Assembly (NCBI GenBank): GCA_033763315.1
Contig: JANRKS010000016.1
Span: forward strand, 32,001-96,000
Origin: Deltaproteobacteria bacterium
GTDB taxonomy: Bacteria > Myxococcota_A > Polyangia > Fen-1088
DNA length: 64,000 nucleotides
Direction of reading: 5' to 3'
The position numbers and the translations under genes were made by a program. The notes under the pieces are model-generated. The model did no database searches, was not told where the DNA came from, and saw only the letters and a list, made by a program, of their open reading frames with translations. The stretch's first letter is position 1. The number at the start of each line of letters is the position of its first letter. Of this stretch, positions 27,168 through 36,743 are shown piece after piece.

Positions 27168-28279
27168 GGTGACGCGAATCGATCGAACAACGCCCGCGCG
27201 TTGCTGTAATACACCTTTTGCAAAACGTCGTCGGGCAGCCCAAGGCCATAGATCTTCCAGCGGCCTTGCCGGGGCGCCGCATAGTAATCGTAATGCTCAT
27301 CCGTGCTTTGCAGCGTGCGCCCGTAGCTTTCGTAGACATCCGCGCCGTTTTTGTTCCAGGCGCCGGGGGATTCATCGGTGCCAAACAAGATGCGATCGGC
27401 GAATTCGATAAAGAAGCGACGGGCGCGTTGCGGTTGGCGACCAAGCTCGGCCTCGCGTGCGCCGATGTCGACATACACGTTGGGGTGCTCGCGCAGCAAC
27501 GTTGAAACGTAGTCGAGATTTTCAGGCCACCCACCCACGTGCAACGCAACAAACGTGGTTTGCGGGTGGCGGGCGATCATGCGATCCCGCGCCGCCAACA
27601 ACGCGGGCAAACGCGGCCATTGCCGATCATGGTAGCTCCACTGCGGGTGCGCCTGCAGCTCGTCGTAGCGTTCATTGTGTTCGTCGACGGGATCAAAGAA
27701 CGCTTCAGGATCGCCCGTGTGAATGGCGACCGGAATGCGCAACGCCGCGCAGGCTTGCCACACCGGACCAAAGCGCGGATCGTCTACTTTCACCAGTTCA
27801 CCATTGGGATGACGTGCGCCCAGGCCAAACCACTTAAGCAGCTTCAGCCCACGCGCTCCCGCAGCCACCGCAGCTTTGATGTCCGCGGCCATGCGAGCCC
27901 CGAAGTCAGGTTGCTTAAGATGATCCCAGTTAAGCTCGGTGAACACGACGAACCGGCCCGGATACGGTTTCGCCAGTTGATCGAGCGCACGTTGCAGCTG
28001 CGCGCCGTGGCCACCCGTGAGATGAACGATGGTCGCCACGTTGAACCGATCCATCGTCGCCACAATATCGGCAGGAGGAAGCGCGCCCTTTTCACCTTGC
28101 AAGCGGATGTGTTGGTGAAAATCAATCGCACGGAACTTCAGCTGCGTGATCGGCGTGTGTGCCGTGTGCAGTTTGGATTGCGGCGCGAACTTTTTCAGCG
28201 CCAGCTCACCCTCATTCGACCGCGGCTGGCAGGCTACACCCAGGAGTGCCGCCGCCACGACGCACGCGCGAGCGCGCAC
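27164..28279 (-). CDS. Amidohydrolase_2-family lipoprotein
   Basis: Lipobox GVAC, IDFHQH, GARGLK, AIHTGDP, ALHVG, DRILFGTD; start GTG 28279 or TTG 28300. Confidence 0.88.
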   Translation of the reverse strand: MRARACVVAAALLGVACQPRSNEGELALKKFAPQSKLHTAHTPITQLKFRAIDFHQHIRLQGEKGALPPADIVATMDRFNVATIVHLTGGHGAQLQRALDQLAKPYPGRFVVFTELNWDHLKQPDFGARMAADIKAAVAAGARGLKLLKWFGLGARHPNGELVKVDDPRFGPVWQACAALRIPVAIHTGDPEAFFDPVDEHNERYDELQAHPQWSYHDRQWPRLPALLAARDRMIARHPQTTFVALHVGGWPENLDYVSTLLREHPNVYVDIGAREAELGRQPQRARRFFIEFADRILFGTDESPGAWNKNGADVYESYGRTLQSTDEHYDYYAAPRQGRWKIYGLGLPDDVLQKVYYSNARALFDRFASP

Positions 28280-28280
28280 C

Positions 28281-29633
28281 TTAAGCGCCCCAAGCAGCAA
28301 AGCACGTGGCCGCCCGCTGCGCGTAAGCGCGACGGCGATCGGCTTTGGCGGCGGCGGCCGACAACGGCGGCATCAGGCCGAAATTGATGTTCATCGGCAC
28401 AAACGGCTCTTTGGGCGCCCGCGCGCGTGTGATGTGATGGTAAAGCGCGCCAATCGCAGATTCGGGGGGCGGCGGCGCCACAGGCTGATCCCGCAGACGC
28501 CCTGCGAGCATTTTGCCCACCAAGAGGCCCATGGCTGTCGATTCGATGTAGCCCTCAACGCCCGTGATTTGCCCGGCCAAACGCACGTGTGGTTGTTCGC
28601 GGAGTTCGAGCTCAGGGCCTAACAAGCGCGGCGAATCGATATACGAGTTGCGGTGGATGGATCCGTACCGCAGAAACTCCGCCTTTTGCAGGCCTGGAAT
28701 CATGCGAAAGATGCGTTGCTGCTCGGGGTAAGCGAGCCGCGTTTGAAAGCCCACGAGGTTGTAAGCGGTGCCATGCACGTTTTCGGCGCGCAGTTGCACC
28801 ACGGCGTAAGGCCAGCGCCCCGTGCGCGGATCCGTGAGCCCCACGGGTTTCATCGGCCCAAACGCAAGCACCTTATCGCCGCGCTCCGCCATCACCTCTA
28901 TGGGCAAACAGCCTTCGAAGTATTTGGCTTGCTCGAACGCGTGCGCTTCAACTTTTCGGCCCGCGCGCACGGCGGCGAGGAAGGCAAAGTATTCTTCCTT
29001 GTTCATCGGGCAATTGATGTAGTCGCCATCGCTTTGATCAACGGCACCCTCTGCTGTGTCACTGCGCGCAGCCACGCCTTTGTCGTAGCGGGACGCGCGA
29101 AACGCCACCTGCATGTCGATCGAGTCAGCTTCAACGATCGGCGCGATGGCATCGTAAAAATAGAGCGGCTTGCCACACAAAGCCCCCAACTGGCGCGCGA
29201 GCCCGCCACCGGTCAGCGGCCCTGTGGCAACAACGGTTGGCCCCTGCGGTAGTTCATCCACGCGGCGCCGTTCAATGCGAATGCGTGGGTGAAAAGCGAT
29301 GCGTGTGGTGACGAGCTTCGCAAACGCCCAGCGATCCACCGCCAAAGCTTCGCCGGCCGGCACGCGGGTTTGATCGGCCGAATCGATGATGAGCGAGCCC
29401 GCCGTGCGCAGTTCAGCTTTCAGTAAGCCCGCGGGATGCATCGGGCTGTTAGAGCGCAAGCTATTGGAGCAAACGATTTCCGCAAGCAAGCTGCTGTGGT
29501 GCGCGGGCGACATGGCCGCAGGCTTGGACTCCACAAGCACCACCTGCAGGCCTGCGTGGGCCAATTGCCAAGCGGCCTCGCACCCGGCAAGGCCACCGCC
29601 GATCACTGTCACCGTGGGCAAGGCTTTCAGCAT
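28281..29633 (-). CDS. trmFO: tRNA (uracil-54) methyltransferase TrmFO/Gid
   Basis: GGGLAGCEAAWQ, EIVCSNS, FYDAIAP, FEGCLPIE, GPMKPVGL, AGQITGVEGY. Confidence 0.97.
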   Translation of the reverse strand: MLKALPTVTVIGGGLAGCEAAWQLAHAGLQVVLVESKPAAMSPAHHSSLLAEIVCSNSLRSNSPMHPAGLLKAELRTAGSLIIDSADQTRVPAGEALAVDRWAFAKLVTTRIAFHPRIRIERRRVDELPQGPTVVATGPLTGGGLARQLGALCGKPLYFYDAIAPIVEADSIDMQVAFRASRYDKGVAARSDTAEGAVDQSDGDYINCPMNKEEYFAFLAAVRAGRKVEAHAFEQAKYFEGCLPIEVMAERGDKVLAFGPMKPVGLTDPRTGRWPYAVVQLRAENVHGTAYNLVGFQTRLAYPEQQRIFRMIPGLQKAEFLRYGSIHRNSYIDSPRLLGPELELREQPHVRLAGQITGVEGYIESTAMGLLVGKMLAGRLRDQPVAPPPPESAIGALYHHITRARAPKEPFVPMNINFGLMPPLSAAAAKADRRRAYAQRAATCFAAWGA

Positions 29634-29650
29634 GACAGCGACAGCCTACG

Positions 29651-32284
29651 TTATGTGCCCGTGGGCTGCTCGGCCTCTTCGGCTTCGCCGCCCCCAGCTC
29701 CACCGTCTACAGCGTAACCGCAGCCGGGCACAGGGCAGCGCAGGCGCGAGCCGCTGCGCGAGATCTTCTCAACCAAGAACTTGCCCCCGCACTGCGGGCA
29801 CGGCGTGGGCACAGGCTTATCCCACGACACGTAATCACAATTTGTCTTCGCGTAGTTCGAGCATCCGTAGAACACCTTGCCCTTGCGCGAACGCTTTTCC
29901 GTCACGAAGCCACCGCAGCCCTCTTTGGGGCAGGCGACGCCAAGCGAGATTGGCTTCGTGGTTTTGCACTCGGGGTAACGCGCGCACGCCAAGAATTCGC
30001 CAAACCGGCCGCGGCGAATCACCATGGCGCCACCACACGTCGGGCACACTTCGTCCGAAGGCCGTTCGGTAGCAACAATCTGGATCGTGCCATCTTCAGC
30101 GCGGGTGTATTCCTTGGTGTTCTTGCATTCGGGGTAACCCGAGCACGCCAAGAAGTGGCCGTTGCGCCCCCACTTGATCACCATCGTGGAGCCACATTTT
30201 TCGCAGTTGATGTCGGTGGGGATCTCTTCGCGCTTCACATCGCGCATCTCCACCTTGGCCGTGGCCACGTCTAACTTGAAGGGTTCGTAGAACTCGCCCA
30301 ACAGCTTGGCCCAATCGACTTCGCCCTCTTCCACCTTGTCGAGTTGCTCTTCCATCAGCGCCGTAAAGTCGGTGCTGACGATCTTGGGGAAGCTGGCCAC
30401 GAGCAGGCCATTGACCATCACGCCGAGCTCAGTGGGGCACAAGCGTCCGCCCTCTTTGCGTTCGACGTAACCGCGATCCTGCACTGTCGACAAAATCGTT
30501 GCGTACGTCGACGGCCGGCCGATGCCTTTTTCTTCCAGCTCTTTGACCAACGTGGCTTCCGAGAAGCGCGGTGGCGGCTGCGTGAAATGTTGCTCTGGCT
30601 TGGTGGACAACAGCTTGAGTGTTTCGCCCTGTTGGATATCTGGCAGGCGACCTTCGGCGTCTTCGTCAGCCACGTCTTCCACGATCTCGCGGTAAACCTC
30701 AAGGAAGCCGGGGCTGCGCATCACCTGACCGCTGGCGCGCAGATCCACAGTGCCCGCCTTGATCTCGATCGACGTTTGGTCGAACACCGCCGGCACCATC
30801 TGGCAGGCGACGTAGCGGTTCCAGATCAGCGAATAAAGCTTCAGCAGATCGTCCGTCTCACGCGGATCGCGGCCACCGCCGCCGCTTTGCTCAATCAAGC
30901 GACGAACCGTTTCGGGATCATACTTTGTGGATGTGGGGCGAATCGCTTCGTGTGCGTCCTGCGCGCTCTTCTTTGTTTTGTAGACGTTGGGCGTCTCGGG
31001 CAGCGCCACGGCGCCATACTTTTGCGTGATGTACTCGCGCACCTCTTTGAGGGCGTCGTCAGACACACGCGTTGAGTCCGTACGCATGTACGTGATCAAA
31101 CCCACGGGCCCCTCTTCGCCGAGCTCCATACCTTCGTAGAGCCGTTGCGCCAAACCCATCGTTTTTTTCGGCGAAAACCGCAGTTTGCTGGACGCTTCTT
31201 GCTGCAGTTTCGAGGTGATAAACGGCGCGGGCGCGTTCTTGCGGCGCTCTTTGCGCTCGATGCCCGCCACCAAAAGCGGGTTCGACTGCACGATGCCTTG
31301 CACTTCGCGCGCTTGGCCTTCGTCTTTAAGTTCAAGCTTTTTGCCGTTAAAGCGCACGGCCCGGGCTGTAAACGGCGGCGGCGTGGCGCCTTCCACATCA
31401 ACGTCGAACGTCCAATATTCTTCGGGCGTAAACGCCTTGATTTCGTTTTCGCGCTCGACCACAAGCCGCACGGCGACCGATTGAACGCGGCCCGCGGACA
31501 GGCCGCGCTTGACCTTGGTCCACAACACCGGGCTGATCTCGTAGCCCACCAAGCGATCCAAAATGCGGCGCGCTTGCTGTGAATCGAATTTGTTCTTGTT
31601 CAATTCGATCGGGTGCGAGATGGCCTCGTTGACGGCCTTCTTCGTAATTTCGTTGAACAAAACGCGCTGGATGTTTGGGTTGGCGTCGCGAATTTCCTCC
31701 GCGATGTGCCACGCGATGGCTTCCCCTTCGCGATCAGGGTCGGGCGCCAGGAAGACGCGTTCAGCGCGCTTGGCAGCCGCTTTGATCTCGGCCAGCACCT
31801 TCTTTTTGCCGTCGATCACCACGTATTCGGGATTAAATCCCTTGAGGATGTCGACGCCGATGCTTTGTTTGGGCAGATCTTTGACGTGGCCCACCGACGC
31901 TTTGACCACGAAGCCGGGGCCCAAGTACTTGGTGATCGTCTTGGCTTTCGCGGGTGATTCCACAACCACCAACGCACCCGAGGGCTTACGTGAGCGCTTG
32001 GGGGCATCGGCCGGGGCATCTGCGTCCGCTTCGTCTTCATCATCGAGTTCCACCTCGGGCTCGTCTTCCACGACGGCTTTGGCTTTGCTCTTGGCCTTTG
32101 CCTTGGCTGCGGGGGCTTTGGCAACAGTGACGGCCTTCGCCGCGGCTTTGGCCGCCGGGGCCTTCGCGGCCGCTTTAGGCTTGGCTTTGGTGGCCACAGC
32201 TTTCACCGCAGGCTTGGACATGGTTTCCGTGTCGCCTTCGGGTAAGGAAGCTTTTGTCTTCGTCTCAGCTTTTTTGGTGGCCAT
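29651..32284 (-). CDS. topA: DNA topoisomerase I with Lys/Ala-rich N-terminal extension and C-terminal zinc ribbons
   Basis: VVVESPAKAKTI, DPDREGEAI, SAGRVQS, LITYMRTDS, AHEAIRPT, GIGRPST. Confidence 0.98.
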   Translation of the reverse strand: MATKKAETKTKASLPEGDTETMSKPAVKAVATKAKPKAAAKAPAAKAAAKAVTVAKAPAAKAKAKSKAKAVVEDEPEVELDDEDEADADAPADAPKRSRKPSGALVVVESPAKAKTITKYLGPGFVVKASVGHVKDLPKQSIGVDILKGFNPEYVVIDGKKKVLAEIKAAAKRAERVFLAPDPDREGEAIAWHIAEEIRDANPNIQRVLFNEITKKAVNEAISHPIELNKNKFDSQQARRILDRLVGYEISPVLWTKVKRGLSAGRVQSVAVRLVVERENEIKAFTPEEYWTFDVDVEGATPPPFTARAVRFNGKKLELKDEGQAREVQGIVQSNPLLVAGIERKERRKNAPAPFITSKLQQEASSKLRFSPKKTMGLAQRLYEGMELGEEGPVGLITYMRTDSTRVSDDALKEVREYITQKYGAVALPETPNVYKTKKSAQDAHEAIRPTSTKYDPETVRRLIEQSGGGGRDPRETDDLLKLYSLIWNRYVACQMVPAVFDQTSIEIKAGTVDLRASGQVMRSPGFLEVYREIVEDVADEDAEGRLPDIQQGETLKLLSTKPEQHFTQPPPRFSEATLVKELEEKGIGRPSTYATILSTVQDRGYVERKEGGRLCPTELGVMVNGLLVASFPKIVSTDFTALMEEQLDKVEEGEVDWAKLLGEFYEPFKLDVATAKVEMRDVKREEIPTDINCEKCGSTMVIKWGRNGHFLACSGYPECKNTKEYTRAEDGTIQIVATERPSDEVCPTCGGAMVIRRGRFGEFLACARYPECKTTKPISLGVACPKEGCGGFVTEKRSRKGKVFYGCSNYAKTNCDYVSWDKPVPTPCPQCGGKFLVEKISRSGSRLRCPVPGCGYAVDGGAGGGEAEEAEQPTGT

Positions 32285-33113
32285 AAATTACCTCGTACTG
32301 GGCGCCCGCTCCGCGGCCGATAAAGCCGTCCATCTCCGCTTCAACCAAAGCGGCCATGACATCGGACAAGGGCAACCCTAAATAAAGCGACATCGCGCCG
32401 GGCGTGGTCATACCTGCCGCGATCGCCCCAACAATAGATGATGCAGGTTCCGGCAACGACGCCGGGCCGGGGCCCAACGCTCGCTGGCCCTGCAGGGCGG
32501 CCAACAATTCGCCGTGGTTGGACACCGGCCACGCCAAACCGTTACGCAAAAGCGCGTCGGTGCCCACAGAACCAGGAACGGCAAGCAGCCTACGCCCTTG
32601 CTTGTGCGCAAGTTTGGCGGTGACCAGCGCGCCCGAGCGCAGCTGGGCTTCCATCACCACCACGGCTTCTGCCAGTCCTACGATCAGCCGGTTCCGAACG
32701 GGGAATTGCCCTGGCCGCGGTTGCGTCCCAGGCGGATATTCAGATAGCAGCCCGCCTTGTTGAGACACGCGAGCAAACAGGTCGGCGTGGCGGTCGGGGT
32801 AAACCACATCAACACCACAGCCCAGAACCGCGAAGGTGGACCCTCCCGCAGCCAAGGCACCTGCGTGAGCCGCGGCATCCACACCCAATGCGCCGCCTGA
32901 AACCACTTGATACCCGGCCTGCGTTAGCTGCCTCGACCACGCATAGGCCGCGCGGGTTCCGTCGCCGGTGGCGGCGCGGGCCCCCACCACCGCCACGGAT
33001 CGTTTGGACGCGCACGGCAGTTGGCCGCTCACCCACAAGCCCGCGGGCGGCCGCGGGATTTGCCGCAGCGTTGAAGGGAAATCTACGGAATCAAATGCGA
33101 TGAACGAGGGCAT
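32265..33113 (-). CDS. dprA: DNA-processing protein DprA (short form, no obvious N-terminal SAM domain)
   Basis: VAVVGAR, VVSGGALGVDAAAH, FPVRNRLIVGL, EAQLRSGALVTA, AVPG; start uncertain. Confidence 0.92.
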   Translation of the reverse strand: MPSFIAFDSVDFPSTLRQIPRPPAGLWVSGQLPCASKRSVAVVGARAATGDGTRAAYAWSRQLTQAGYQVVSGGALGVDAAAHAGALAAGGSTFAVLGCGVDVVYPDRHADLFARVSQQGGLLSEYPPGTQPRPGQFPVRNRLIVGLAEAVVVMEAQLRSGALVTAKLAHKQGRRLLAVPGSVGTDALLRNGLAWPVSNHGELLAALQGQRALGPGPASLPEPASSIVGAIAAGMTTPGAMSLYLGLPLSDVMAALVEAEMDGFIGRGAGAQYEVIYGHQKS

Positions 33114-33427
33114 CACTGGCGTTTTCGGCGCCAGCCGCCCAAAAGGTTCGCGCAAAATACCCTCGTCCGCGCCCAGCCCAGTGTCCGCGCGGCGTGAGGG
33201 GACGGCCGATGAAACTTTGGCAAGGGCGGGCAAAAGCGCCCACCCAACGGCGTCATTCTGCGTCGCGGCGGCCAAGAACATCAGGACGGCAAGAGGTAGC
33301 GCCGACGCCCTCCGGGGTCAAGGCCGAGCCCCGAAGTGCCCAGGAATGCTGAGAAAGTGTTGCGCCGCCCGGTTCGCGCGGCGTCCGTTTCTCTGCGCAT
33401 TCGGGCCGCGGCGGCCCGCCTGGTGAG

Positions 33428-34711
33428 CTAATAGCCGCGTCGCGTTTCGGTCCGCTCGCCCACCTGGATCTCCTTGGTGGAGCGCTCGACCCAGGCCACA
33501 GCCGCCTCCTCGTGCACGTCCACAACCAGCAGCTGGGCCACGATTTCTTTCGGATACCCATCGTCGTAAGCGGGATCCCGCTCCATGCGCGGCCGGTAGC
33601 CGTCTCCCTTGCGAATGACGTACGAACGGTTGCCCACTTTGATACCGTCTTTTGAGCCACGGGACAGCACAACGAAGTCTTGCTCCGCCAACAAACCGCG
33701 GGGGGCGAATGAAGCCACAATACGGGCCTCTAGGCTCACATCGCTGGCCACCGGCTTAACGCGACGGAAGGGCTGCACACGCTTACTGATGAAATACCCC
33801 CGTTCAACCGGCGCCGAAAGCTCTGCAAAGGTGCCGCGCCCCGAGGTGTCATCGGCCACTTGGTTCACCACGATGTCGCCGTAGATCTTCACCAAGTAGC
33901 CCACGATCTTGCTCGGGTCCTTCGGGTTGCGAATCGGCGCGTCCTTATCCACCGTGAACACGGTGTATCGCTCGCCTGCCACCAAACGTTTGTCCTTCGG
34001 AAACGCCACGTAGGCTGAGTCTCCCGAAGACAACATGATCTTCTCCTCGCGCGAGCCGCTGATCTTGCCTGCGGCGACGAGATCGGCCGAGCTCAAAAAA
34101 CCGGTCTCACGCAAATTGACGGCGCCGTCTTGCGCCGCTCCTTGTGAAACCTTCGGCCCGAGATCCGACGCGTCTGCCACCGCCAACGAAGCGCCACTGC
34201 CGGACTTCAGGCGAAGGGCGTCCCCGGTGAAGATCCAGTGCGGGTTGGTGATTTGCGGGTTGAGCGCCCACAGTTGAGGCCACTTGTAGGGATCGCGAAA
34301 ATAGAAATTGCACACCGACCACAAGGTGTCGCCCTTCTTCACCTGGTGTGTCTCTGGCACTTCGGGCGGCGGGCCTTCATCGGGGTTGTAAGAGCTATCT
34401 TCACTTTCGTCGGCGGCTTCGCTGCGCGTGACAGATTCGGAATCGGCGGCGGCACCGGCGGAGGGCTCGTCGGCCTGGGCTTTCGGGGGGGCCTTGCGAG
34501 TGAGGCCCGGGAAGCTCGCCGAGGCCGACGGCGATTCGCCTCGCTCGATGGCGGCCACATCGGGCAAAGGCGCGGGCTCTTGGTCTGTGATGCCCTTTAC
34601 CGTGTCTTTGAACGAGCCGGTTTGGGCCAGCGCCGGCGACGTCACCAGCGTTGCCAACCCCAAAGACAAAGCGGTGTTCCGAACACCGTGGCGCCATTTT
34701 AACTTCTCCAT
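33428..34711 (-). CDS. LysM peptidoglycan-binding exported protein
   Basis: Signal peptide, HQVKKGDTLWSV...WPQLWALNPQITNPHWIFTGD; conventional LysM-dprA adjacency; SD GGAG. Confidence 0.9.
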   Translation of the reverse strand: MEKLKWRHGVRNTALSLGLATLVTSPALAQTGSFKDTVKGITDQEPAPLPDVAAIERGESPSASASFPGLTRKAPPKAQADEPSAGAAADSESVTRSEAADESEDSSYNPDEGPPPEVPETHQVKKGDTLWSVCNFYFRDPYKWPQLWALNPQITNPHWIFTGDALRLKSGSGASLAVADASDLGPKVSQGAAQDGAVNLRETGFLSSADLVAAGKISGSREEKIMLSSGDSAYVAFPKDKRLVAGERYTVFTVDKDAPIRNPKDPSKIVGYLVKIYGDIVVNQVADDTSGRGTFAELSAPVERGYFISKRVQPFRRVKPVASDVSLEARIVASFAPRGLLAEQDFVVLSRGSKDGIKVGNRSYVIRKGDGYRPRMERDPAYDDGYPKEIVAQLLVVDVHEEAAVAWVERSTKEIQVGERTETRRGY

Positions 34712-34721
34712 CGCTTCTCCT

Positions 34722-35675
34722 TCACGGACTCTGCGAGCCTGCCAACGGGGCATCATCGTGTTTGCCATCCAGTTCGCTCATTCGCTCAGCGGCCACCTTG
34801 GCGGCGGTGTGGGTGGGAAAACTCTTTTGCAATTCGGTCAGCGTGCCGCGGCCAGCAGCCTCATTACCCAAAAGCAAGTATCCGAGGCCCGCCTTCAAAA
34901 GTGCGTCTGGCACTTTGTTGCCTTGCGGGTAAACGTCCACCACGCGCCGAAATTCGCGCACCGCTGTGACGAAATCCTTTAGATCGTAGTAACACTCGGC
35001 CAACCAGTACTGCGCGTTGTCGGCATAGTCGTGTTGCGGAAACCTTCGCAGAAATTCTCGGAAGCCCGCCGCGGCGTCAGCGTGACGGCTGGCTTTGAGA
35101 TGATCAAGCGACTGTTTGTACAGCAACAAGGGAACCCCATCGGGGTTGTGAATCGGCACCCGACGCGGCTCGCTGTTCGCAACACCGGGCCCACGGCGCG
35201 AAGGTGCCGCACGCGTCGGTTCATCGGCGGCGACCGGCTCGTCGTCGGATTGGGCTTGCGTGATGACGTCATTGCCGTTGCCCACCAGACGCAAGACAGG
35301 ACGGCTCTTCGAAGGCTTCGCCGCCTCGCCCACATATTCAACCTCGCTGTCCTCGCCGAACGAATAGGTCGCGCTTTGGCCTTCGTCGGGAGCGGGGGCT
35401 GATTGCCCCGGCGTCAACGTGACCTTGGGCAGCCGCGGCGGCGCCACTCGCGCTTCGTTGACGCTGCGGCTGTCCGCCTTATCGCCCAGGATGAACACCT
35501 GGTTTTCCAGCTCTTCGATCTGCCGCCGCTGCTCGACGTTTTGTGCTTTTAGCGAGGCGATCGTTCGGTTGAGCTCGTCGACCTTCACCTGCGAGGGCGG
35601 CGGTGTGCACGCCACAGCCCCCAGCCAAGCCGCGGCCGCACAACGAACACCGACTGAAACCCACAGCGTCTTCAT
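34722..35675 (-). CDS. cpoB: Tol-Pal-associated TPR protein CpoB/YbgF (lipoprotein)
   Basis: Lipobox AVAC, coiled coil, YADNAQYWLAECYY, YPQGNKVPDALLKAG. Confidence 0.85.
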   Translation of the reverse strand: MKTLWVSVGVRCAAAAWLGAVACTPPPSQVKVDELNRTIASLKAQNVEQRRQIEELENQVFILGDKADSRSVNEARVAPPRLPKVTLTPGQSAPAPDEGQSATYSFGEDSEVEYVGEAAKPSKSRPVLRLVGNGNDVITQAQSDDEPVAADEPTRAAPSRRGPGVANSEPRRVPIHNPDGVPLLLYKQSLDHLKASRHADAAAGFREFLRRFPQHDYADNAQYWLAECYYDLKDFVTAVREFRRVVDVYPQGNKVPDALLKAGLGYLLLGNEAAGRGTLTELQKSFPTHTAAKVAAERMSELDGKHDDAPLAGSQSP

Positions 35676-35810
35676 TTTGATCAAGTACGAATCTTAAGAC
35701 ACCTTACACAAGGGCCCAAAAACACGTGCTTAGACGCACGCACCTTCTCCCGCTTGGGGGATCGGTACTTTGGCGCGCGGGCTTGAGCTCGGGCGCCAGC
35801 GATTTGACGA

Positions 35811-36743
35811 TCAACCGTTATCGAGATCGGCGAGGATCGCGTCGGCGCCCTTGATGAGCAGTGCTTTTGCGGTTTCGGTGCCCAGGAGCGAGGCCTTGCT
35901 AACCTCGCCTTCGCGAACCACCTGCAAAATGTCCGTACCGTCGGGCCGGCCGACCAGGCCCGTCAACGTGAGCTTGGTGCCGCTGACAACCGCATAACCG
36001 CCCACGGGCGTCCGGCACGAGCCGCCAAGGCCCGCCATCAAAGCGCGCTCTGCGATCACCGCGGTGCGTGTCTCGGCGTGATCGAGTTTCGCCACCAATG
36101 GAGCCACGCGCGGATCGCCGAACCGCGTTTCGATGGCCATGCAGCCTTGGCCAATGGCCGGCAACATCACGTCGGCGGGCAAACGCTGTGTGATGCGCCC
36201 GCCGTGCCCCAGCCGGTCCAGACCGGCACACGCCAAGATGGCGGCGTCCACGTCACCTTCGTCGAGCTTACGCAAACGGGTGTCCACGTTGCCGCGCAGC
36301 AGTTCCACCTTGAGGTCTGGACGCTTTGCTCGCAATTGGCAGCTGCGGCGCAAGCTTGAGGTGCCCACGCGCGAACCCGCAGGCAATTCCATAAGCGAGG
36401 CCCCCTTGCGGGAAAGCCAAGCGTCACGCGCGTCGGCGCGTTCGGGATACGCAGCCAACATGAGACCGTCAGGCAAACTGGCCGGCACGTCCTTGAGGCT
36501 GTGCACCGCCAGATCCACCTTGCCGGCGAGCAACGCTTCTTCCAGCTCTTTGACCCACACGGCCTTGCCACCCACATCGGCCACGGGGCCCGTTTGAAAA
36601 CGATCGCCGCTGGTCACGATGGTCTCAAGCACGACCTCTAGCTCCGGGTGCAGCTTGCGGATTTGCTCAGCCACAAAATTCGCCTGCCACAACGCCAAAG
36701 CGCTGCCTCGCGTGCCTATCACCAAACGCTTCAACGTCGTCAT
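35811..36743 (-). CDS. hemC: Hydroxymethylbilane synthase
   Basis: IGTRGSALALWQ, AVHSLKD, GTSSLRR, RGNVDTRL, GGSCRTP. Confidence 0.98.
   Translation of the reverse strand: MTTLKRLVIGTRGSALALWQANFVAEQIRKLHPELEVVLETIVTSGDRFQTGPVADVGGKAVWVKELEEALLAGKVDLAVHSLKDVPASLPDGLMLAAYPERADARDAWLSRKGASLMELPAGSRVGTSSLRRSCQLRAKRPDLKVELLRGNVDTRLRKLDEGDVDAAILACAGLDRLGHGGRITQRLPADVMLPAIGQGCMAIETRFGDPRVAPLVAKLDHAETRTAVIAERALMAGLGGSCRTPVGGYAVVSGTKLTLTGLVGRPDGTDILQVVREGEVSKASLLGTETAKALLIKGADAILADLDNG

Noticed and set aside
33114-33427. ncRNA or N-terminal extension in the LysM-dprA gap
   Set aside because: No recognisable RNA motif, and the upstream in-frame extension does not resemble DprA
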